From a bacterium (GTDB taxonomy: Bacteria > 4484-113 > JAGGVC01): a stretch of 64,000 nt of DNA. Where the stretch lies: contig JABRWB010000041.1 in NCBI GenBank assembly GCA_039961635.1, forward strand, positions 1,448 through 65,447, read 5' to 3'. The position numbers and the translations under genes were made by a program. Shown here one piece after another: positions 56,353 to 64,000 of this stretch. A model generated the notes under the pieces. It worked only from the letters and a program-made list of their open reading frames with translations, was not told where the DNA came from and did no database searches. The first letter of the stretch is position 1. Each line of letters starts with the position of its first letter.

Positions 56353-57156
56353 CTATTTAACGCGAATCCACTCGTGAGTGATACCTTCTTTTGAAACCCT
56401 TACCACCACGAATCCGTGTTCTGGCTTTCCGAATTTGTACTTCGAATACAGGCCCGCGCCGCCGCCGGCGCTGATGATGAAATCGGTTCCGTCGATTTCC
56501 ATAGAATCATAGAGGTGTATATGTCCGAGGAACACCATCGGGCATGCGGCTGCCCTTATCAAGGACATCACTTGGTCTTGGTCCTTCCCGCCGTCCATGG
56601 AATGAACTTTCCATCGTCCCACGGCAGGCGGTTTGTGAAAAGCAACGAAACATGTTTTTTCATTATTGATGTATTTATGAGCAAACGCGAGGGCCTCCCG
56701 CGAAAACTCTCCCGTCGAGTTATCCAACCCGATGAATCGGCAGCTTCCGTACTCGAAATACCAGTTTGGCTCTCCAACTCGCCGTTTCCAGTTCGCCAAT
56801 CCGCGCTCTCTGTCGTGATTGCCGGGGACATGTACGATGGGCACGCTCAACGTCTCAATTAACTTGGCATAAGCATCGAATTCGGAGCTATCGCCGTGAT
56901 TGACCAAATCGCCCGTGTTAAGAATGAACAGCGGCTTATATGACAACGCCTGTTCAAGAATCTCGCGGTACACCGCATCGCCGCTGCGGTTGTCGCCGAC
57001 GACAATGAACGTGAATCCGCCATCGACCCCGCTTTTGTCCGACCAGATTGCGCGGATGTTCTCTGCAAGCGATAGCGGCGCGGCGGCCAGCGGAACTCCG
57101 AGAGAGCACCACAAAGCTGCGAGCAGGATTGAAAATCTTCTCAAATGAACGCGCAT
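56353..57156 (-). CDS. Secreted calcineurin-like metallophosphoesterase.
   Basis: Signal peptide. FIVVGDNRSGD...LNTGDLVNHGD...GNHD...GHIH are the metal-ligand motifs. Confidence 0.8.
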   Translation of the reverse strand: MRVHLRRFSILLAALWCSLGVPLAAAPLSLAENIRAIWSDKSGVDGGFTFIVVGDNRSGDAVYREILEQALSYKPLFILNTGDLVNHGDSSEFDAYAKLIETLSVPIVHVPGNHDRERGLANWKRRVGEPNWYFEYGSCRFIGLDNSTGEFSREALAFAHKYINNEKTCFVAFHKPPAVGRWKVHSMDGGKDQDQVMSLIRAAACPMVFLGHIHLYDSMEIDGTDFIISAGGGAGLYSKYKFGKPEHGFVVVRVSKEGITHEWIRVK

Positions 57157-57235
57157 GACAGCCGTTTATACCAGACCTGCATCCAGCACAGCTTAAAGAA
57201 ACTCGATTGGAAGAGTGGTTTGTTCAAAAGCAGCG

Positions 57236-58714
57236 CTAAACCTCCAGTCGCCCCATAATTTCTTCCTTTTCTGCTTCTTCAATTTCCATTATGTCTCGCT
57301 TGATCTCGCGCCTCGCGACACCGGTACGCATTGCCGCCATCGCCACTTCCCGCGCCACCAACTTTGGTACATTCCGGTTGAACACCGTAGGGATAATGTA
57401 ATCCTGCCCCAACTCGTCCGGAGTAACGCTGGAGGCTATCGCTCGTGCTGCCGCCTGCTTCATCTCTTCATTGATGTCCCTCGCACGTGCGTCAAGTGCT
57501 CCGCGCATTATGCCGGGGAAGCACAGTACGTTGTTTATCTGGTTGGGATAATCGCTTCGTCCGGTTGCCATTATTGCTACGTGCCCCCAGGCCTCCTCCG
57601 GCATTATCTCGGGAACCGGATTTGACATTGCGAAAACTATTGGATCCTTGTTCATTTTCTTCACGTCTTCAAGCGTGATTATTCCGGGTCCGGAAAGTCC
57701 AAGAAACAGGTCTGCGCCTTTCATGGCGTCGTGAATAGTGCCTTTGCGATTCTCCTGGTTGGTGTTTTCGGCATACCACTGCTTGGCGAAATTATCGCCC
57801 AAGTCCGACCGTTCTTTGCAAATTATGCCCTTTCTGTCGCAGCCGATGAAATGGCTTACACCCATGGACATGAGCATCTTTGTGCAAGCCACGCCGGCTG
57901 CTCCCACTCCGGCCACCACCACGTGCAGGTCTTCGATTTTCTTCCCGGTGATTTTTAGGGCGTTAATAAGTGCGGCGGCCACAACAACGGCGGTACCGTG
58001 CTGATCATCGTGGAAAATCGGTATGTCTGTTTCTTTCTTCAGTCTATCCTCGATGTAAAAACAGCGCGGCGCGCTGATATCTTCAAGGTTTATCCCTCCG
58101 AACGTCGGAGCAATCATCTTGCAGATTTCAACTATCTTGTCAGGGTCTTTAGTATCCAGGCAGATCGGAAAGGCGTCTACCCCGCCAAACTCCTTGAACA
58201 GCATTGCCTTTCCTTCCATCACAGGCATCGCGGCTTCTGGGCCGATGTCCCCAAGTCCCAACACCGCGGTTCCATCAGAAACAACGGCAATCATGTTTTT
58301 CTTTATGGTCAGCGCCCACGCCTTTTCCTTGTCATGGTGGATTGCCATGCACACGCGCCCGACCCCCGGCGTATAGGCCATTGAAAGGTCATCCCGCGTT
58401 TTAACCGGCACGCGGTTGGCAATTTCGATTTTGCCTCCCAGATGGATTAGAAACGTCCTATCACTCCAAGAGCGGACGTTCACACCCTCCATCGATTTGA
58501 CCGCGTCGATTACCTGTTTCGCGTGTTCAAAGCTCGTGCAATCTACGGTGAAATCGCGGATGGACTTGTCCTTTTGCACCTGGACGATATCAATGGCGCC
58601 TATGGAGCCATCCACTTCGCTGATCTTCTCCAGGATCTTTGCGAGCGTGCCCGGGACGCGGACATGCTCGACGCGCAACGTCACACTGTAACTGGCACTG
58701 GGTGTTACTCCCAT
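57236..58714 (-). CDS. NAD(P)-dependent malic enzyme with an N-terminal ACT-like domain.
   Basis: An ~80-aa ACT-like N-terminus, then MAYTPGVGRVCMAI...AVVSDGTAVLGLGDIGPEAAMPVMEGKAMLFK...VVAGVGAAGVACTKML. Confidence 0.85.
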   Translation of the reverse strand: MGVTPSASYSVTLRVEHVRVPGTLAKILEKISEVDGSIGAIDIVQVQKDKSIRDFTVDCTSFEHAKQVIDAVKSMEGVNVRSWSDRTFLIHLGGKIEIANRVPVKTRDDLSMAYTPGVGRVCMAIHHDKEKAWALTIKKNMIAVVSDGTAVLGLGDIGPEAAMPVMEGKAMLFKEFGGVDAFPICLDTKDPDKIVEICKMIAPTFGGINLEDISAPRCFYIEDRLKKETDIPIFHDDQHGTAVVVAAALINALKITGKKIEDLHVVVAGVGAAGVACTKMLMSMGVSHFIGCDRKGIICKERSDLGDNFAKQWYAENTNQENRKGTIHDAMKGADLFLGLSGPGIITLEDVKKMNKDPIVFAMSNPVPEIMPEEAWGHVAIMATGRSDYPNQINNVLCFPGIMRGALDARARDINEEMKQAAARAIASSVTPDELGQDYIIPTVFNRNVPKLVAREVAMAAMRTGVARREIKRDIMEIEEAEKEEIMGRLEV

Positions 58715-58836
58715 CTTATTACCTCCGTAAGTAATCGTGCGGGAACCGCACAGGGCATGATGATACTACTTCCGGCGCGCGTGGAAGAATTGCCAAGGGC
58801 AGGGAGGGCATTAGCCGTTTGTAACAAAGCGACAGG

Positions 58837-60033
58837 CTATATGCTTGATTTTGCAATCTGCGTGACGGCGTTCACAGAGTATTCGATTTCTTCCTTCGTA
58901 TTGAAGCATCCAACGGAGAACCGCACTGTTCCGCCCTGATTCTTCGTGCCGATCATCTCGTGGGCCAGCGGCGCACAATGAATGCCAACCCTGTTTGAAA
59001 TTCGAAAGTCTTCGGCAAGCCTTCTGCCAACTTCCGAAGGCGCCATACCGGATAAGTTAAAGCTGACCGATCCACCATGACCATCGAACGCGGATGAAAG
59101 CCCGTAAACAACGACTCCATCTATCGAAGTCAGTCCTGACAGCAGTAGATCGGTCAGCGACTCCAAATGTTTTTTTAAGTCGGGGATACCGCGGTTCTCG
59201 ATGTAATCCAATCCGGCGGCAAGGCTTCTTACGCCCGGCATATTAATCGTTCCGGCCTCGTAATACTGGGGAAGGGCTTCAGGATGGCGCATTGACTCGC
59301 TCAAGAATCCGGTTCCGCCGATCCGAAGCGGCTTCACTTTGTATCCTTCAGCAATGTACATCAGCCCGGTTCCCTGAATCCCTAGGAGCGCCTTGTGTCC
59401 CGGGCAGGCGAAAAACGCCGCGCCCAGCTCATCGAGGTCGATTTCCAGATGTCCCGCCGCTTGCGAGCCATCCAGCAGCACCGGGATTCCAAATTTCGAT
59501 GCTTCGGTTATCACTTCCCGGTAGGGCTGAATGGAGCCAATTACATTTGAAACCATATTGCAGCAGACAAGCTTGCTGTTCGGTTTGACAAAGTCTTTTA
59601 TCGATTCGGGATATACGCGTCCGAAGGAATCATGCGGCAATACGTCAAACGAAACGGAGCGCGTCCTTGACAGTTCCTCAAGCGGCCTGAGAACGCTGTT
59701 ATGCTCCAGCGGCGTAATCAAGACGTGATCGCCTGCTCCAAGCCAACCGAAGAGAATTGTAGACAAACCGTCCGTTGCGCTGTATGTGAAGTTCAGCCTG
59801 TTGGAGTCCTTAATTCCGAAAAATCTTGCCAGTCTTGAGCGCGTATCCGAAAGCAGTTTGTTTGTCTCGCTGCTGCCGGCGCCGAGCCCGCGCGTAGGCG
59901 AACCGGCATTCGTGCGGATAAATTCATTTACGGCATCGTAAACCCCTTGCGGCTTTGGAAAGCTAGTAGCGGCATTGTCCAGGTATACCGCTATGCCCCC
60001 GGTATGCAGCAGGTCGTTCGCGCAAACGCTCAG
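58837..60033 (-). CDS. Class V aminotransferase / cysteine-desulfurase-like PLP enzyme; no canonical start codon for the N-terminal domain.
   Basis: In-frame upstream sequence [35 protein letters not shown]... then ...[10 protein letters not shown]. There is no ATG/GTG/TTG between the in-frame stop (60061-60063) and codon 80. The first candidate is a CTG overlapping the tatA stop (CTGA). Confidence 0.6.
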   Translation of the reverse strand: MSVCANDLLHTGGIAVYLDNAATSFPKPQGVYDAVNEFIRTNAGSPTRGLGAGSSETNKLLSDTRSRLARFFGIKDSNRLNFTYSATDGLSTILFGWLGAGDHVLITPLEHNSVLRPLEELSRTRSVSFDVLPHDSFGRVYPESIKDFVKPNSKLVCCNMVSNVIGSIQPYREVITEASKFGIPVLLDGSQAAGHLEIDLDELGAAFFACPGHKALLGIQGTGLMYIAEGYKVKPLRIGGTGFLSESMRHPEALPQYYEAGTINMPGVRSLAAGLDYIENRGIPDLKKHLESLTDLLLSGLTSIDGVVVYGLSSAFDGHGGSVSFNLSGMAPSEVGRRLAEDFRISNRVGIHCAPLAHEMIGTKNQGGTVRFSVGCFNTKEEIEYSVNAVTQIAKSSI

Positions 60034-60251
60034 TTCGAATCCCCGCCTTCGCCCACGGAATCATCCTTCACAGGTTCCGCGGGCTTTTCTTGCACGGCAT
60101 CGGGTTTCGCCGGCTCATCCTTTACTGCAGATTTGAACTCCTTTATTCCCTGGCCGAGACCTTTGAACAGGCGCGGAATCTGTGTTCCTCCGAAAAGGAC
60201 AAGAACCGCCAACAGAATCAGCAGAAGTTCCTGCGAGCCAAAACCGAACAT
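60030..60251 (-). CDS. tatA: Twin-arginine translocase subunit TatA/E.
   Basis: [40 protein letters not shown]. Confidence 0.85.
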   Translation of the reverse strand: MFGFGSQELLLILLAVLVLFGGTQIPRLFKGLGQGIKEFKSAVKDEPAKPDAVQEKPAEPVKDDSVGEGGDSN

Positions 60252-60327
60252 TTCAGTCTCCCGCGCCGCAAGTGGGCAATTCCATTATACACTCCGCAGC
60301 CGTGGCAAGAGAACCAACACAAGTGTA

Positions 60328-62214
60328 CTAACTTCTATCGAACGTAACCTCCTCGATGGGGCAATTCGTAAGTTGCGGTGCTCGGTCCATCGGCGTCAGC
60401 TTGAGATTCTTCACATAAGGTTGAACGAGCATAGTGGGGGAATTGACGAACAATAAAACCCAGGGCGCATCTTCCAGGGCGATCGATTCCGCCCGTCTGT
60501 AGAGATCCGCGCGCAGGTTTTGATCTACGGTGCGCTGTGCCTCGCGCACAAGTTTGTCGAATTCAGGATTGCTGTATCTAGATATGTTGCCAGGCGCGCC
60601 TGCCTGGGAAGAATCCAGCAGCGTAAACAGCCAGTTGTCGGGATCGGGATAATCCGCAAGCCACGTGTTTTGGCAAAAGACGGTTTCGCCTGCGTAAACC
60701 TGCTCCAGAAACGTTCCCCAATCCTTCCTGTTTATTTCTATGTTGATTCCGATGTTGCGCAAGTCCTCCTGTACGGCAACCGCAATTTTGTTACGGAATT
60801 CTTGGTTGTCTATGTTCAGCGTGATTGTTGGCAGACCTTGCCCCCCAGGGTATCCCGCTTCCGCCAACAGCTTTTTCGCAAGTTCGATGTCGTATTTGTA
60901 TCCGGGCGAGTCAGCCCAGTAATAAAAAGTACCTTCAGGGACGTAGCTGTCCATTCGCTTAAACTTGCCTTCGAGGATATTCGCGATGATGTCGTCTTTG
61001 TCGATTGCGTGATTGATTGCTTTCCGAAGCAGCTTGTTATCTTTAAACGGTGGCTTGGAACAATTAAAGCAATATCCATACATATCCATCGCCGGCCGGG
61101 TCATCAGATTAGCCGCCAGGATATCGTCGCGCTTCACCTCGCCCATCCGTCCGCTGGGCACATCGGTGTGCTCCAGCTGGCCGTTTTTAAATTCCTCGAA
61201 CCTGGTGTTTTCATCGCTGATTATCCTGAACAAAAGCTTGTCAACACCCGGCGGTTTGCGGAAGTGAAGCCGGTTTGCGGCAAGCAGAACGCTCACGTCC
61301 GCTTCCCAGGATTGAAACATGAACGGCCCTGTGCCCACGGGATGCTGCCCGAAATCATCCGCGTATTTCTCAACTTCCTCTTTGGGAACAACGTAGCAGT
61401 TCGTCATCCCAAGCACCATTAAAAACGGCGCGTAGCCCTCTTCGAGCTCAATTTGAAGCGTGGCGTCGTCCGGTGCAGTAATGCCAGCCACTGTCGGGGG
61501 CGCCAAGGCTTTCCCCTTCAGTGAGTTCAATTCCGCTGTCAATTCCGCGCTAAGCGAAGTCGCTTTGGCCTTCACAGCCGCGGCTAGCAAGTTCTCGCAT
61601 TTCCGGGGGTCAGCACCTTCGGCAAAAGTAACATATTTGATTGTGTCTGCAATACTGGCAAGGGTTTCATGAAACTCCGGTTTGTCACCTTGGTTTGCGA
61701 TGAGGAAATCTATCTGTGCAGGAAAGCTGCGGCTGAAGTAATACGCGCGCGCGCCTTTGATGGGATAAAGAAGTCCCGCCCGCTCGCTTTGAGTTGCCGG
61801 ATTGAGCAGCCTTGTGAACGAATAAACGAAATCCTGCGAAGTTACCGTTCTGCCGTTGTGAAACTTAACGCCTTCTTTCAAGTAAAACTTCCACGTCTTT
61901 CCGTCCGGACTTGCCTCCCATTTATCGGCGATGCTAGGCGAAACGCGCCCGTCGGCGTCAAATCTAACCAATCCGTCAAAGATTCTTCGTGTAACCGAGT
62001 CGGACACAGTGTCGGTCACATGCGCTGGATCGAGCGTCATCGGATTGGAGGGTATCGGAAAGCGGTATACGTCTTCCTGCAGCGCGTCCGAGGTGTCAAC
62101 GGTCTGTCCGGAAAGTTTTCTTGACTCGTCACCTCCGTTCGGCGACGGGCAGCCGAACATCGTAAATGTCCCCAAGATCAAGCTCAACAGACAAATCACA
62201 AGAGGATTCTTCAT
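60328..62214 (-). CDS. ABC transporter substrate-binding lipoprotein, family 5 (peptide/nickel/opine type).
   Basis: Lipobox FGCPSP. SBP_bac_5 motifs IADKWEASPDGKTWKFYLKEGVKFHNGRTVTSQDFVYSF. ATG at 62214 preceded by AAGGAGA. Confidence 0.8.
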   Translation of the reverse strand: MKNPLVICLLSLILGTFTMFGCPSPNGGDESRKLSGQTVDTSDALQEDVYRFPIPSNPMTLDPAHVTDTVSDSVTRRIFDGLVRFDADGRVSPSIADKWEASPDGKTWKFYLKEGVKFHNGRTVTSQDFVYSFTRLLNPATQSERAGLLYPIKGARAYYFSRSFPAQIDFLIANQGDKPEFHETLASIADTIKYVTFAEGADPRKCENLLAAAVKAKATSLSAELTAELNSLKGKALAPPTVAGITAPDDATLQIELEEGYAPFLMVLGMTNCYVVPKEEVEKYADDFGQHPVGTGPFMFQSWEADVSVLLAANRLHFRKPPGVDKLLFRIISDENTRFEEFKNGQLEHTDVPSGRMGEVKRDDILAANLMTRPAMDMYGYCFNCSKPPFKDNKLLRKAINHAIDKDDIIANILEGKFKRMDSYVPEGTFYYWADSPGYKYDIELAKKLLAEAGYPGGQGLPTITLNIDNQEFRNKIAVAVQEDLRNIGINIEINRKDWGTFLEQVYAGETVFCQNTWLADYPDPDNWLFTLLDSSQAGAPGNISRYSNPEFDKLVREAQRTVDQNLRADLYRRAESIALEDAPWVLLFVNSPTMLVQPYVKNLKLTPMDRAPQLTNCPIEEVTFDRS

Positions 62215-62284
62215 AAGAAATCTCCTTTTTCCGGACAAATCCCGAGTCCGCGCACGGTTTTGCTCCGTTTCCATCCGACTGCTT

Positions 62285-64000
62285 CTATTTTTGGCTGCCG
62301 ATTGGCTGCGCATCGCTGGACGTCCTTTCGTTGTCTACTTGTGTTTGAGCGGTAATGCTCTCGCCTACCTCCGGCGGGCTGGTGGCCGATTTTTGTGGAA
62401 AGCTTTGCCGGGCCTCTTCGTCAATCCAGACTTTGGTTAAATCCGCGTTAGGCAGACTTGCGTCGGTATCCATGCCGGAAAGCTTCACGCCCTTCACCCA
62501 AGGCTTGATCAATACGTTGTTGGTTTGGGCAAAGCAGAAAATCCACGGAGCGTCTTCCAGCACCATCTGCTCGATCTGCCAGTAGAGCTGTCTGCGCTTG
62601 TTCCGATCGAACGAGGTACGCGCCTCCTCAATAAGCTTGTCAACCTCTCGGTTGCGGTACCACGCAAAGTTGCCGCTCGCGCCGCGCTGGCTTGAGTGAA
62701 GCAGGGTAAATATGAGATTGTCCGGATCTGGAAAGTCGTAAACCCAACCCAGCCGATGAAAAGCGAGACGGTTGCTTTCCATAGCGTCGATGAACGTAGC
62801 CCACTCCATCGGAACAAGGTCGACTTTTACGCTTATGTTCTTGAGATCGCCCTGGATTTCCTGCGCGATTGTCGGATTGTCGCCCTGGGGATTGTATGTC
62901 AAATTTACCCTGTCCAAGAACAGCCCTTGCGGGTGACCGGCCTCGGCCAAAAGCTCCATCGCCTTACCGGGATCGAAATAATATTTCGGCCTCAGTTTGG
63001 TTTCGGGATTTGTCCAATCCCCCATGCTGGGCGGAATCAAGCCCACGAACGGACGAAACCGGCCTTCAAGCACCACATCGCAGATGTAGTCACGATCAAT
63101 TGCATAATTTACCGCCTGCCTTAGCGCGTTTTTATTCTGAAAGACCTCTTCGCGCCAGGGGTCTTTGGTTAGGTTAAGTACGAAAAACTGCACGGCTAGC
63201 AAATCGACGCGCTTGAGTTCTTCGGAATATAGAGGATCGTTTTTAAGGCGGTTGTATTGCCCGGTCGGAACGTTGCAGGTATCCAGGTCACCGGATGCAT
63301 ACATCTGAAATTGAGTATTGCGGTCGGGAACTATAAGATAGGTTACTTTTGACAGCTTGGATGCGGCACGCTCGGGCTGGTCGAACGCCTCCAGGACAAT
63401 TTGCCTGTCCGCATCCCATTTGGCTAGCCGGAACGGCCCTGTTCCCACAGGATTTCTCCCGAAATCATCAGGATCCGCGAGCTCGGCGATAGCTTCTTTG
63501 GGTATTGGAGAAAAGTTGACCATGGCCATCTGGTCCACAAAGGGGCCATAAGGCTCCGCAAGCTTTACTTCAAATGTGTAAGCATCAGGAGCGTTCAGAC
63601 CCGACACTTTTTGGGGCGGCGCAACCTTCGAGGAATTTGTTTGCAGGAACTCGATCACGGATTGAGGAACTGATTTTGGATCCCTTTTCATCCCGGACTC
63701 TATTGCTTTTTTGAACTCAGTCGTGTCCACCTCTTCCAAAAACGCCACATAATCTATTGTGTCGGCAAGGCGTTCAAGTGTGTTCTTGGGCTCGCCTTCG
63801 TCCTCGAATTTGCCGGCCAAAAGATAACTGGCGGTTGCGGGAAATTGGCGGCTGTAAAAATATTCTTTGGCGCCTTCCACAACGAACAGCAGGGAACCGC
63901 GCTCGCTGCTGGTTTCAGGATCCAAAAGTCTAGTGAAGCTGTATACAAAGTCCTCTGCGGTGCATTTTCTGCCGTTGTGGAAACGAATATCTTTTTTTAA
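62285..64000 (-). CDS. Second family-5 substrate-binding protein, paralogous to the downstream one; its 5' end runs off the window.
   Basis: The same domain order as its neighbour (RFHNGRKCTAEDFVYSFTRLLDPETS...). Reading continues in-frame past 63925 to the window end. Confidence 0.8.
   Translation of the reverse strand, partial: LKKDIRFHNGRKCTAEDFVYSFTRLLDPETSSERGSLLFVVEGAKEYFYSRQFPATASYLLAGKFEDEGEPKNTLERLADTIDYVAFLEEVDTTEFKKAIESGMKRDPKSVPQSVIEFLQTNSSKVAPPQKVSGLNAPDAYTFEVKLAEPYGPFVDQMAMVNFSPIPKEAIAELADPDDFGRNPVGTGPFRLAKWDADRQIVLEAFDQPERAASKLSKVTYLIVPDRNTQFQMYASGDLDTCNVPTGQYNRLKNDPLYSEELKRVDLLAVQFFVLNLTKDPWREEVFQNKNALRQAVNYAIDRDYICDVVLEGRFRPFVGLIPPSMGDWTNPETKLRPKYYFDPGKAMELLAEAGHPQGLFLDRVNLTYNPQGDNPTIAQEIQGDLKNISVKVDLVPMEWATFIDAMESNRLAFHRLGWVYDFPDPDNLIFTLLHSSQRGASGNFAWYRNREVDKLIEEARTSFDRNKRRQLYWQIEQMVLEDAPWIFCFAQTNNVLIKPWVKGVKLSGMDTDASLPNADLTKVWIDEEARQSFPQKSATSPPEVGESITAQTQVDNERTSSDAQPIGSQK

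Noticed and set aside
61669-62585. Plus-strand ORFs (151, 169 and 76 aa) within and between the SBP genes.
   Set aside because: Antisense to well-supported SBP_bac_5 frames.

Overview
The window is a 64-kb chromosomal segment, GC-rich and coding-dense, with about 60 genes on both strands. It very likely comes from a diderm bacterium: an LptF/G permease, LptC/LptA-like proteins, TatA, a GspF/PilC platform protein, a type IV pilin and the sigma-E/RseA/RseB-style envelope stress genes are all present. It is not a defence island. The recognisable genes are mostly housekeeping: xseA (runs off the 5' edge), pth, rpmB, a eukaryotic-type citrate synthase, trmFO, queA, pyrF, tsaB/tsaE, rarA, addAB, an ACT-fused malic enzyme, tatA, a serine-pathway dehydrogenase/aminotransferase pair and one tRNA-Glu(CUC). 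Between these sit several unusual, poorly characterised loci. The strongest (24.5–29.8 kb) is a five-gene operon: Rieske protein, split cytochrome b6, subunit IV, a membrane-anchored nonaheme cytochrome c, and a 747-aa cytochrome c with 33 CxxCH motifs. It looks like an alternative complex-III-like module feeding a periplasmic heme wire. The second is a secreted PDZ protein with about 12 tandem ~26-aa GGDDxY repeats, which reads as a beta-solenoid of no named family. The third is a pair of greatly elongated LptC-like (762 aa) and LptA-like (464 aa) proteins. Also notable: a low-GC ankyrin-repeat lipoprotein; a GspF with no ATPase partner, coupled to an unknown polytopic membrane protein; a two-helix mini-ferritin next to a NifU/BFD protein; two unknown genes translationally coupled to pth; and a class-V aminotransferase with no canonical start codon whose only upstream in-frame CTG overlaps the tatA stop. 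Several clean promoter and operator-like DNA motifs were found, including a consensus sigma70 promoter for rpmB, a CRP-like site upstream of citrate synthase, and perfect palindromes in three divergent promoter regions. No CRISPR arrays, IS elements or integrases were seen. Many long ORFs in the six-frame track are antisense artefacts of high-GC genes and were rejected. All functional calls rest on motif-level recognition of the translated ORFs; no database searches were possible.
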